From: Bryobacteraceae bacterium
GTDB lineage: Bacteria > Acidobacteriota > Terriglobia > Bryobacterales > Bryobacteraceae
NCBI GenBank assembly: GCA_019187195.1
Contig: JABAQT010000030.1
Span: forward strand, 31,677 to 95,676
Direction of reading: 5' to 3'
DNA: 64,000 nt
Shown one piece after another: positions 1 to 9,112 of this stretch. Position 1 is the stretch's first letter. The number at the start of each line of letters is the position of its first letter. Below the pieces are notes generated by a model that had not been told where the DNA came from, ran no database searches, and saw only the letters and a list, made by a program, of their open reading frames with translations. The position numbers and the translations under genes were made by a program.

Positions 1-1
1 C

Positions 2-3000
2 GCCTACCTGCAAGGCAAGTTCTACGAGCGGAAGCAGAAGGCGCAGGAAGCGGCCACCCAGGCGGCCTCGGGCGGAGCGGGCGCGGCCGCCGCTCCCGCC
101 GCCGCGCCGGGTGAACTCTCCGGAGAGGTGGACCTGCTGGTCAAGGATGCCGAAGCCAAACTGGCGGTCTCGAAGATCGGCCAGAGCGGCAAGCTCAGCG
201 AAGTTCCGGTGATTTTCATGCTCGGCGACAGGGGCGCCACCAAGACCACGGTGGTGATGAATTCCGGCATGGAACCGGAGTTGCTCAGCGGGCAGGTCTA
301 CCAGACCGACAACCAGATTGCAGCCACTCGCTCCGCCAATTTCTGGTTTGCCAAGAAAGCCGTGTTTATGGAGGCGGGCGGCGGGCTGTGGAGCGATGCC
401 GAGAGTTGGAAGCACATGCTGAAGAAGCTCTCACCCGGCAAGCTGAAGTCCGTTTTCGGCGGCGGCGGCTCGGCTCCGCGCGCGGCCATCCTGTGCGTCG
501 ATTTGGAGCGCTTCCTGCAGCAGGGCGCTTCGGACACCATGGCCGCCGTGGCCCGTTCCGTCTCCGCCCGGCTGAATGAAATATCCACGCAGTTCGGCAT
601 CAGCTTCCCGGTCTATGTACTGTTCACCAAGGCCGACAGGGTGACGTTTTTTCACGATTTCGTCCGCAACCTGAGCACTCAGGAATCGACGCAGGTGTTC
701 GGCGTAACCCTGCCCATGCGCGCCACCCGGGGCGGCGTTTACGCCGAAGAGGAATCGCAGAGGCTCAACAACATGTTCAATGAACTGTTCTACTCCCTCT
801 GCGACAAGCGCATCGAATTCCTGCCGCGCGAAAACGACCAGGAGAAGCTGCCGGGCTGCTACGAATTTCCCCGCGAGTTCCGCAAATTGCGCGGCGCGCT
901 GGTGCAGTTCCTGGTGGACGTGGGCCGTCCCAGCCAATTGAGCGCCAGTCCCTTCCTGCGCGGGTTTTACTTCACCGGCGTGCGCCCGGTGATCATCGAC
1001 GATGTAGCTCCCACCCCTATCGTTCAGCCCTCTCAGCCCGCCTTTGAAGGCGGCGGCGGCGCGACGCGCATGTTCCGGGTGGGGGGCCTCGCCCAGCAGC
1101 CAAATGTCCCCATGGCCGCGCCACAGCAGCGCGGCGGCCGTAAAGTACCGCAATGGGTATTCCTGGGCCACCTGTTCAACGATGTAATCCTCGAGGACAA
1201 GGCGGCTCTCGGGGCGAGCGAAGCCAGCACGAAGACAAGCGCCCTTCAGCGCTTCCTTCTCGGGTTCCTCGCGGTCATGGCTCTCATCTGGTCCATCGGC
1301 ATGACGGTGTCCTTCTTCCGCAATCGCACACTCGAAAGCGAAGTATCGGACGCCACCAGGCAGATCAAAGCGGTACGCCTCGCGCCCAACGCGCTCCCGA
1401 GCATCGACGACCTCAAGCGCCTCGATTCGCTGCGCCAGAAACTGGAACAGCTTACGGACTGGAAGCGCGACGGCGCGCCCTGGAGCTACCGCTGGGGCCT
1501 CTATGTCGGCAACGACATGCTGCCCATCGTCCGCAAGGCATACTACGATTGCTTCAACCAGCTTCTGTTCAGCGATACGCAAAGCCGTATCCTTGCCTTC
1601 CTGCGCAGCCGTCCGGCCAAGGCTAAGGAAGACGACGATTACAACTATGCCTACGAAAGTCTGCGCGCCCACCTCATGACCACCTCCGAGTGGAAGCGCG
1701 TCGAGGGGCAGGGCGAGGACAAGTGGCTTGGCAACACGCTCGAGAGCCGCTGGATCGAGGGACGGGAGAGCGCCGTCGGCGAGGACCGCCGCGCCCTCTC
1801 CGAACTCCAGTTCCTCTTCTACGGCGGCGATCTCCACAACGGCAATCCGTTCTCCACGCGTGAAGACGCGGATGGCGTCGACAAGACCCGCGTCTTTCTC
1901 GCCTCGTTCTCCGGCTTCGACCGTTTCTACAATGCGATGCTCGCCGAGGCCAACAAGAAGAACCCGGCCGTGAACTTCAACAGAAAGTACAGCGGCTCGG
2001 CGGCAGTTGTGATCAACAACAAGGACGTCCCCGGCGCATTCACGAAGCAGGGATGGAACTTCATGCAGGCCGCCTTCAAGGAACGCAGCAAGAAGTTCGG
2101 CGGCGAGGAGTGGGTGCTGATGAGCGCCAAGTACAAGTCCGCCGCCGCGGTACCTGAAAATCTCGATCAGATGCTGCGCGAGCGCTATACCTCGGACTAC
2201 ATCAAGACCTGGCGAACCTACTTTAGCAACACCGCCGTTGTCGGCTACAGCGGTCCGGCCGACGCGGCGCGCAAACTCCTGATCCATTCCGACTCCCGCG
2301 CGCCCATCCTTGCGCTCATCGGCCTTGCAAGCTACAACACCCAGGTCGACCCGGCGGGCGATCCCTATGCCGACCGCGTCCGCAAGGCCTTCCAGTGGGC
2401 TCACGTCGTTGTGCCGCCTTCGCAGGATCTGGTCTACATTACCGGCGGCAACCGCCCCTATACCACCGGATTGAGCAATCTGCAGATTGCCGTCGATGCG
2501 GCTTCGAAAGAGAACCCACCGAGCAGCGCCGCCGCGCAGTCCACACAGATGCGAGCCCAGGACGCTCTCGGCATGACCCGCCAGGTGGCCGCCTTCAGCG
2601 GGCAGGACCTCGAGGGCCATCTCGACCAGACCATCCTGCGCATCATGGAAGCGCCCATCAAGGATGTCGACGGGCTCTTCTCTCCGGCGAAGATGCTGAA
2701 CGCCGCCGGCGGAGCCATGTGCAGCCAGTTCAACGTCATCACCAACAAGTTCCCGTTCAACCCCAACGCCCAGCCCGAGGTGCAGATCAACGAACTCAAC
2801 GACCTGCTGCGTCCGGGCACCGGCAAGTTCTGGCAGTTTTACGAAGGCAGCCTGAAGCAGTTCCTGCAAAAGCAGGGCGCCACTTACGTCGCCGTCAGCG
2901 GAGCGGGCGTCACCATGAACCCGGTGTTCGTCAACTTCTTCAACCAGGTGGCCCGGCTCTCCGACGCTTTCTACCGCGGCGGCCAGGATCCGCGGCTTGC

Positions 3001-3394
3001 CTACACCGTTCAACTGAACGGTGTGGACCTTGTGCTGAACAACACGCAGGCCAAGTCCGGCAGCATCACCATCGACGGCAAGGCGGCCAAACTCGGCGCG
3101 CCGGCCGTGGCGTACACCTGGACGGGCTCACCAAGCCACTCCGTGCTGTTCGAATACAACGACAGCCCCGCCTTTAACCGCCAGGGTCCGTGGGCTGTTT
3201 TCCACTTCTTTGTGGACGCCCAGGTTAGCGCCCAAGGCAACACCTACCTGCTTGTATGGCCGGTTCGCGGAGGGACGGGCAACAATCTCATCGCCAATGC
3301 CCGCTTTACCGTGGACCTCAGCGGAGCCCCCGCCGTGTTCGACAAGCGCTTCTTCGCCGGGTTGCGCTGCATCTCGACAGTCGCTACGAAGTAG
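2..3394 (+). CDS. TssM/IcmF-like membrane protein (type VI secretion-like), 5'-truncated by window edge
   Basis: The frame is open from base 2. There is a P-loop-like 'VIFMLGDRGATKTT', then 'FPVYVLFTKADR', a TM helix 'FLLGFLAVMALIWSIGMTVSFF', 'WSYRWGLYVGNDML', and a C-terminal 'QGPWAVFHFFVDA' resembling the IcmF C-terminal domain. Confidence 0.65.
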   Translation, partial: AYLQGKFYERKQKAQEAATQAASGGAGAAAAPAAAPGELSGEVDLLVKDAEAKLAVSKIGQSGKLSEVPVIFMLGDRGATKTTVVMNSGMEPELLSGQVYQTDNQIAATRSANFWFAKKAVFMEAGGGLWSDAESWKHMLKKLSPGKLKSVFGGGGSAPRAAILCVDLERFLQQGASDTMAAVARSVSARLNEISTQFGISFPVYVLFTKADRVTFFHDFVRNLSTQESTQVFGVTLPMRATRGGVYAEEESQRLNNMFNELFYSLCDKRIEFLPRENDQEKLPGCYEFPREFRKLRGALVQFLVDVGRPSQLSASPFLRGFYFTGVRPVIIDDVAPTPIVQPSQPAFEGGGGATRMFRVGGLAQQPNVPMAAPQQRGGRKVPQWVFLGHLFNDVILEDKAALGASEASTKTSALQRFLLGFLAVMALIWSIGMTVSFFRNRTLESEVSDATRQIKAVRLAPNALPSIDDLKRLDSLRQKLEQLTDWKRDGAPWSYRWGLYVGNDMLPIVRKAYYDCFNQLLFSDTQSRILAFLRSRPAKAKEDDDYNYAYESLRAHLMTTSEWKRVEGQGEDKWLGNTLESRWIEGRESAVGEDRRALSELQFLFYGGDLHNGNPFSTREDADGVDKTRVFLASFSGFDRFYNAMLAEANKKNPAVNFNRKYSGSAAVVINNKDVPGAFTKQGWNFMQAAFKERSKKFGGEEWVLMSAKYKSAAAVPENLDQMLRERYTSDYIKTWRTYFSNTAVVGYSGPADAARKLLIHSDSRAPILALIGLASYNTQVDPAGDPYADRVRKAFQWAHVVVPPSQDLVYITGGNRPYTTGLSNLQIAVDAASKENPPSSAAAQSTQMRAQDALGMTRQVAAFSGQDLEGHLDQTILRIMEAPIKDVDGLFSPAKMLNAAGGAMCSQFNVITNKFPFNPNAQPEVQINELNDLLRPGTGKFWQFYEGSLKQFLQKQGATYVAVSGAGVTMNPVFVNFFNQVARLSDAFYRGGQDPRLAYTVQLNGVDLVLNNTQAKSGSITIDGKAAKLGAPAVAYTWTGSPSHSVLFEYNDSPAFNRQGPWAVFHFFVDAQVSAQGNTYLLVWPVRGGTGNNLIANARFTVDLSGAPAVFDKRFFAGLRCISTVATK

Positions 3395-3407
3395 AATTAA
3401 GAGGGAC

Positions 3408-4475
3408 ATGGATCTACCGGCGCGAATCAGCAAGTACGAACTGCTCGAGTTTCTCGGTGGCGGGATGTCTCATGTTTATCGCGCCACCGACACGGTCCTC
3501 GGCCGTACCGTGGCCGTCAAGATCCTTACCGAATCCGGCTGTTCCGATCCGGAGACCAAAGCACGCTTCCTCCAGGAGGCGCGAACGGCGGGCAGCTTCG
3601 CCCACGACAACATCATCAGCGTCTTCGACTTCGGCGAGGAGCAGGGACGCCCGTTCATCATCATGGAGTTTCTGCGCGGGCAGAGCCTGCGCGATGCCAT
3701 CAAGAGCGGCACGACCGGGGATACCCGCAACAAGCTGAATATCGCTTTGCAGATCGCTCACTCCCTGGATTACATTCACTCGAAGCGCATCATCCATCGC
3801 GATATCAAGCCGGACAACATTCATGTCGACGCGGCGGGCCGCGTGAAGCTGATGGATTTCGGCATCGCCAAGTCGCATAATGTCTCTCTCACCCGTGTCG
3901 GCTTCACTCTCGGCACGCCCTATTACATGGCTCCCGAACAGGTGCTCGGCCAGCAGGTGACCCCGCTGGTCGATGTCTATGCCTTCGGCGTTCTGTTGTT
4001 TGAACTGTTTACCGGAGCGAAGCCCGTCACCGGCGACAGCATCGAGAAAGTCTTTCACCAGATTCTGAATGAGCCGCTGAATCTGGCTCCTCTCGCGCAA
4101 TGCGGCGCGCCGCGAGCGCTCCTCGAACTGGTGGAAAAGTGCACGGCCAAACTGCCCCAACAACGGATGCAGGGCTTCGGAGCCGTTTGCGTGGAACTGG
4201 AACGGATGCTGGGTGAACCGGCTCCCGAGGCGACGCTGACGAGCACCGGCGTGACTCCGGCGCAGTACGGCTCGGCCCGCATCGAGGTGCGGCCGCCTCA
4301 ATCGGCGTCCCCCGTTCCTGTCCAGCCGCAGGATCCCGTGCCCGCCATCATGAACCTGCTGCCGCCGAAGTTTCGCACGCAGGAGTGGTTCATCGCCGTC
4401 GTCGCCATCAGCGTCATTCTGGGCATGACGCTGCTTGTTCTGATTCTGCAACTGGCGTCGCGGCTGATACGATAG
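3408..4475 (+). CDS. Hanks-type serine/threonine protein kinase with C-terminal TM anchor
   Basis: The ATG at 3408 follows an AAGAGGGA RBS. Kinase motifs present: GGGMSHVY, VAVKIL, HRDIKPDNI, DFGIAK, YYMAPEQ. C-terminal helix 'FIAVVAISVILGMTLLVLIL'. Confidence 0.85.
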   Translation: MDLPARISKYELLEFLGGGMSHVYRATDTVLGRTVAVKILTESGCSDPETKARFLQEARTAGSFAHDNIISVFDFGEEQGRPFIIMEFLRGQSLRDAIKSGTTGDTRNKLNIALQIAHSLDYIHSKRIIHRDIKPDNIHVDAAGRVKLMDFGIAKSHNVSLTRVGFTLGTPYYMAPEQVLGQQVTPLVDVYAFGVLLFELFTGAKPVTGDSIEKVFHQILNEPLNLAPLAQCGAPRALLELVEKCTAKLPQQRMQGFGAVCVELERMLGEPAPEATLTSTGVTPAQYGSARIEVRPPQSASPVPVQPQDPVPAIMNLLPPKFRTQEWFIAVVAISVILGMTLLVLILQLASRLIR

Positions 4476-4483
4476 TCGGATCT

Positions 4484-6208
4484 ATGCAACTCCCGGTCAT
4501 GTTCGGGAAATACGAACTACAAAAGTTCCTGGGCGGAGGCATGTCCCAGGTGTATAAGGCCACGGATACCGTACTGGGGCGGATCGTGGCTGTGAAGGTG
4601 CTCACGGACGAGGGTTGCCGCGATGACGACACCAAGGCGCGCTTCCTCATGGAAGCCCGCATGTCGGGCAACATGATCCATGACAACATCATCCGCATCC
4701 ACGACTACGGCGAGATCGGAGGGCGGCCGTACATTGTCATGGAGTTCCTTGTCGGCGAAGACCTCCGCACCGCCATCGACAAGGGGCATACCGGCGATTT
4801 GAAGCAGCGGCTGGGAATCGCTCTACAGGCCGCGCGGGCGCTCGGTTTCGTCCATTCGAAAAACATCATTCACCGCGACATCAAGCCCGAGAACCTGCAC
4901 ATCGACGAGAGCGGGCGCGTGCGGCTGATGGACTTCGGCATCGCCAAGACGCAGAACTTCAACATTACGCGTGAAGGTTTCGCCATCGGCACGCCCTACT
5001 ACATGGCTCCCGAGCAGGTGCTTGGCAAGCCCGTGACTCCGGCGGCGGATATCTATGCGTTCGGAATTCTGCTCTATGAGATGCTCACCGGCGTAAAGCC
5101 GGTTGTGGGGGATTCCGTCGAAGCTCTCTTCTATCTGATCCTGCATCAACCGCTCGACATGGCGCCGCTCGAGCAGGCCGGAGTGCCGCGCGAATTGGTG
5201 AACCTCGTCAATCGTTGCGCCGCCAAGAAGCCGGAGGAGCGGCCATCGAGCTTCGAAGCCGTCATCAGCGAATTGGAAGCCATCCTGAAAAAGCTCGATG
5301 CGCCGGCCGCGCAGCCTGCCCCGACCCCTTCGAGGACGCATGAGCAACCTGCCCCCGCGCCGGCGCCGGCTGTGCCCCCCCGGCGCAGCGTCATGCCGCT
5401 GGTGGCCATCGCGGCGGCGTTCGTGATCGCCGCCGGCGTTCTTGCCACTCTCTACCTCTCGAAAGCCGGCCCCACCACGGATCATAAGACACCAGGCGGG
5501 GACTCGGGGAAACCGGCCGGTCCGCCGCCCGTCATTCAGGACGACTTCGGGCAGATGATCCTTGTTCCCGGGGGCGGTTTTCTGTCCGGAGCGAATAAAG
5601 TGGTGAAGGACCTGCCTGCGTTCTACATCGACAAGACTGAAGTCTCCAATGGCATGTGGAACAGGTTTGCCCAGGCGTTGGGCAAGACAACCACCAGTAA
5701 GCCGGCGGACCTGCCCGTAACGGATATCACCTACGATCAGGCGGCCGAGTACTGCACATGGGCGCACAAACGAATTCCCACCGGCGACGAGTGGGAGAAG
5801 GCAGCCCGCGGAACCGTCGGATGGGCTTATCCCTGGGGCAATGAACCCGACCCGCGGAAGGCGAACGTGAAAGGGAACACCTCCTCGCCCCCGGGCCTTC
5901 AGCCGGTGGACACCCCGCTCGGAGCCACCCCAAGCGGGATCCTGAATATCGCCGGAAATGCCTGGGAATGGGTCAACGAAGACCGCAAGCCCCTCCCCCA
6001 GAGCATCGAACTGTTCAAGTTCATGAACGCGACGATGAACGAACACTGGACCGCGATTCGCGGCGGCGCCTATGACTCCGACGTGAGCAATGCCGTCACC
6101 TTCGAGATGAGCACCGTACCCGCGCGCCTCAAGGGGGCCGCCATCGGCTTCCGTTGCGCCAAGGATGCTCCGCGCCAGGCGGCCATGAACCGCCGGCCTA
6201 CGCTCTGA
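4484..6208 (+). CDS. Ser/Thr protein kinase fused, via one TM helix, to an FGE-sulfatase (SUMF1-like) domain
   Basis: Kinase motifs VAVKVL, HRDIKPENL, DFGIAK, YYMAPEQ. A Pro/Ala linker is followed by TM 'LVAIAAAFVIAAGVLATLYL'. FGE-like motifs then follow: 'FYIDKTEVSNGMW', 'PTGDEWEKAARG', 'NIAGNAWEWV', 'RGGAY', 'GFRCAKD'. Confidence 0.85.
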   Translation: MQLPVMFGKYELQKFLGGGMSQVYKATDTVLGRIVAVKVLTDEGCRDDDTKARFLMEARMSGNMIHDNIIRIHDYGEIGGRPYIVMEFLVGEDLRTAIDKGHTGDLKQRLGIALQAARALGFVHSKNIIHRDIKPENLHIDESGRVRLMDFGIAKTQNFNITREGFAIGTPYYMAPEQVLGKPVTPAADIYAFGILLYEMLTGVKPVVGDSVEALFYLILHQPLDMAPLEQAGVPRELVNLVNRCAAKKPEERPSSFEAVISELEAILKKLDAPAAQPAPTPSRTHEQPAPAPAPAVPPRRSVMPLVAIAAAFVIAAGVLATLYLSKAGPTTDHKTPGGDSGKPAGPPPVIQDDFGQMILVPGGGFLSGANKVVKDLPAFYIDKTEVSNGMWNRFAQALGKTTTSKPADLPVTDITYDQAAEYCTWAHKRIPTGDEWEKAARGTVGWAYPWGNEPDPRKANVKGNTSSPPGLQPVDTPLGATPSGILNIAGNAWEWVNEDRKPLPQSIELFKFMNATMNEHWTAIRGGAYDSDVSNAVTFEMSTVPARLKGAAIGFRCAKDAPRQAAMNRRPTL

Positions 6209-7157
6209 ACAGCGGTTTCACGTACTCGAACGCCTGCTCGATCGACCTCTTCGCCTGTTCATCGAAGCTCGCGTTACGGCTGGTTGCCCGGCACTTCGTG
6301 TTCTCGAAGACGCCCCTCAGCCGCAGCATATACTTTATGCCCGGCAGACCATAAGCCGTGGCTTCGGTCACCATCAGAGACACCTTCGAAAAATAGTCCA
6401 GCGCTTTGTGCCTGTCGCCGGCGCGCCAGGCATCCCACACCAGCACGTAGAGATCCGCGAACGGGACGGCGGGCATGGTGCCGGCCGAACCGCGCATCAT
6501 CTCATCGATCATGGTCTTGCCATGCCCTCCGGTGAACACCCCGCGCATCCGCGGATCGCCGCGTTTGTGAAACTCGCTGATGCGCGGCAGCGTTTCCCCC
6601 GCTTCGTCCTTGACGAAGTGCAGGTTCGTGGCCTCGCCGAGCATCCTGATGACGAAGTCCACGCTCATGTCGCCGATCGTCTGGGCAATCAACGGCCGGC
6701 TTGTGGCGGCGCTGATGGCTTTGTAGTATTCGAGAATCCTGTTCCTGTCCTTCCAGGCGCGCGGCGGCAGCGCGATAATGGCGTCCGGAGCCAGTTTCTC
6801 CGCGTGCTTCACGTACTTGAGCGCGGTTGCCGTATCATCGGCCTGCACGCCCAACACCACCGCGGGCTTCAGCGGCTTGCCCGCCGCCGCCACCACTTCC
6901 ATTCCCGCGAAGCGTTCCTCCATCGTCAGATCGAAGAACTCGCTCGCCAGTTGCGGCCACACCACGCCCTGCACGCCGGCGCGGTCCAGGAACCGGATCT
7001 CGGCGGCCAGGGTCTTCGTATCGAGCTTGTCATCGTTGGTGAAGGGTGTTTGGACAATGGGGAACACTCCCGCCATCGGCTTCGCCCCTCCGGCGCGCAG
7101 CTTGCCTTCCGACGCGGCCGCCGCTAACAATTGCAGAAACAAACGGCGTGTGGACAT
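6198..7157 (-). CDS. Dihydrodipicolinate synthase/N-acetylneuraminate lyase family (class I aldolase-like) protein with Tat-like signal
   Basis: N-terminal 'MSTRRLFLQLLAAAAS', then 'GVFPIVQTPFTNDDKLDTKTLAAEIRFLDRAGVQGVV', which is typical of the DapA family. Confidence 0.6.
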   Translation of the reverse strand: MSTRRLFLQLLAAAASEGKLRAGGAKPMAGVFPIVQTPFTNDDKLDTKTLAAEIRFLDRAGVQGVVWPQLASEFFDLTMEERFAGMEVVAAAGKPLKPAVVLGVQADDTATALKYVKHAEKLAPDAIIALPPRAWKDRNRILEYYKAISAATSRPLIAQTIGDMSVDFVIRMLGEATNLHFVKDEAGETLPRISEFHKRGDPRMRGVFTGGHGKTMIDEMMRGSAGTMPAVPFADLYVLVWDAWRAGDRHKALDYFSKVSLMVTEATAYGLPGIKYMLRLRGVFENTKCRATSRNASFDEQAKRSIEQAFEYVKPLFRA

Positions 7158-7160
7158 GCG

Positions 7161-7895
7161 TCACTCCTTCTTCAAGAACTCGTCTACGCCTTTGCGGCAA
7201 TCCTCTGTCATCCGCGCGATGGCATTCGTCTGCGCGCCGGCGTGCAGCGCCGCCTCGAAAGCCATCGAGTCCATATGATATAGCAGCCGCTTGGTCAACT
7301 TTACCGCCTGCGCCGGACGCGCCGCCATGCGCGCGGCGAAGGCGTCAACGGCGGCATCGAGCCCGGAATCCGCGTGCAGTTCATTCACCAACCCCACATG
7401 CAGCGCTTCGGCGGCGTCGATCACCTTTCCCGTGACCAGCAGTTCGAAGGCCCGCTTCTCGGAGACGTTCCGCCGCAAAATTGCCATCACCATGGCCGGT
7501 ACAAAGCCGATGTTGACCTCCGGGTACCCGAACCGCGCCGTCTCGCTAGCGAAGACAAGATCGGCCGCCGTTGCCAGTCCGCATCCCCCGGCGAGCGCCC
7601 TCCCGCGCACCGCCGCCACGATCGGCAGCGGATGCCGCCTCATTTCGAGGAACAGATCGCCCAGGAACCGGGCATCGTCCAAGTTCTCGAGGATCGGGGA
7701 GTCGCGGATTCGCCGCAGTTCCGACAGGTCGGCGCCCGAGCAGAAATCCTTTCCCTCCGCCGCCAGGATCACCACGCGCGATTCCGGATCGCGCGCCGCC
7801 GCGTCCAGCTCTTCACGGATGCGCCGCACGGTTTCACGATCGAGCGCGTTTTGCTTTTCCGGCCGCCGCAGCGTGATCCGAACAATGCCGCTCAT
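7161..7895 (-). CDS. Enoyl-CoA hydratase/isomerase (crotonase) family protein
   Basis: Start taken at 'MSGIVRITLRRPEKQNALD'; 'ILAAEGKDFCSGADL' and 'PIVAAVRGRALAGGCGLA' are crotonase motifs. The longer ORF start at 8138 would overlap the upstream gene. Confidence 0.8.
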   Translation of the reverse strand: MSGIVRITLRRPEKQNALDRETVRRIREELDAAARDPESRVVILAAEGKDFCSGADLSELRRIRDSPILENLDDARFLGDLFLEMRRHPLPIVAAVRGRALAGGCGLATAADLVFASETARFGYPEVNIGFVPAMVMAILRRNVSEKRAFELLVTGKVIDAAEALHVGLVNELHADSGLDAAVDAFAARMAARPAQAVKLTKRLLYHMDSMAFEAALHAGAQTNAIARMTEDCRKGVDEFLKKE

Positions 7896-7906
7896 AGCTG
7901 GTGATT

Positions 7907-9055
7907 CTATCGCACGGCCAGAAGACGCAGCGAGAATGCCAATAGCAAGGCCAGCACGGGATCGGTGATTTCCGGCGTGTGCGGAGGAATGTGGATCTGC
8001 GCAATTTCGATCGCCGCGAGCGCTATCGTAAGGATGGCCGCCGCCCGGCCGGGACGCATGCCGCTTCGCGATGCCAGCCAGAGGAACGCGCCGTAACGGA
8101 ACATCTTGCGCAGGAGAATGATTCCCGCCGGCTCCCAATTGGCTGTTTGGAAGGAGGCATGGAACGGGCGCCAGGAAAACGAAGCGGCCGCGTCATGGAT
8201 GTGAAAAGGGGCCAGCCCCGAGACGGCCAGGCTCGCCAGCAACAGCACGGCGGCGGGCGCTTCCCGTCTTGCCCGCCACGGCGCCAGGGTGAGCGCGACT
8301 CCCAGCAGGGCGCCCAACACTTCGGCAAGCATCAACTGCTGGTGCACAATCAGCAGGCGGGCCGGCAGCACCGCCAATAGCGCCACCAGCAGTTGGGGAG
8401 TTGCGGGGCCGGCGATGGCCCGCAGCAACACGCCGGCAGCCAGCCACTCCGCCATCCCGGCAAGCGTTTCCACCGGAAGCGACGAAGCGGCCACCGCCAG
8501 CATCGCGTGCAATCTTACGGTCACTCTATAGACGCCAATCGAAGGAACGAAGGGGAACAGATGGTAGGAAAGCCAGCAAAGGATCAGGACGACGGCCGCC
8601 CGTTCGCGCGCGAGCGGTTCCTTCCAGCGCGCCAGGCGGCGCGCGAGGAGCGCATCGAGAAGTTGCGCCCCGAATACACCCGCCACCGTTCCGCAGCCAT
8701 TCGAAACCACATCGAGCAGGCTGGTCACGCGGCCTTCAAGCGAAAATTGCGCCAGTTCCACCATGAACGAGAGCAGGCACCCGAACGCGATGGCAGCGGC
8801 CGCGCGTAGCGCGCGCGGCGCTCCCGCCAGGCCGGCATATCCCAGCCAGCCGAGCGGCGCGTAGATCAGCATGTTGAGCAGCGCGTCCACGGCTATGCGC
8901 GCGTCAAACCGCCGCGGCCATGAATGGAACAGATAGTCCACGGCGGCGGCGGGATCGAGGCCGCCAGGACGCGGCACGCCGGGGTAGAGCGATCCGTAGA
9001 GAATCAAGGCGACGATGATCAGGAACAGGAACCGGACTGATCGGACCGAGGTCAA
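7907..9055 (-). CDS. Polytopic membrane protein, VanZ-like
   Basis: Multiple hydrophobic helices; 'LILYGSLYPG' and 'DALLNMLIYAPLGWLG' resemble VanZ-family motifs. Confidence 0.45.
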   Translation of the reverse strand: MTSVRSVRFLFLIIVALILYGSLYPGVPRPGGLDPAAAVDYLFHSWPRRFDARIAVDALLNMLIYAPLGWLGYAGLAGAPRALRAAAAIAFGCLLSFMVELAQFSLEGRVTSLLDVVSNGCGTVAGVFGAQLLDALLARRLARWKEPLARERAAVVLILCWLSYHLFPFVPSIGVYRVTVRLHAMLAVAASSLPVETLAGMAEWLAAGVLLRAIAGPATPQLLVALLAVLPARLLIVHQQLMLAEVLGALLGVALTLAPWRARREAPAAVLLLASLAVSGLAPFHIHDAAASFSWRPFHASFQTANWEPAGIILLRKMFRYGAFLWLASRSGMRPGRAAAILTIALAAIEIAQIHIPPHTPEITDPVLALLLAFSLRLLAVR

Positions 9056-9112
9056 GTGTGATTATCCCATCCGCCGTCAATGTCGATATACTGGCCGGGC
9101 ATAGGCCATCTC

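Noticed and set aside
431-3013. 860-aa minus-strand ORF antisense to the TssM-like gene, with many similar long antisense ORFs throughout (e.g. 4823-6046, 10981-12105, 12429-13664, 14828-16171, 28423-30063, 30070-31236, 58444-59586, 60169-61416).
   Set aside because: These are typical stop-codon-poor antisense frames of high-GC DNA. Their products are Arg/Ala/Gly-rich with no motifs, and in every case the opposite strand encodes a protein with clear family signatures.
2-6208. Calling the start of the window a complete type VI secretion locus.
   Set aside because: Only one tss-like gene is visible, and none of hcp, vgrG, tssB/C, clpV or fha occurs downstream. The cluster, if any, lies outside the window.
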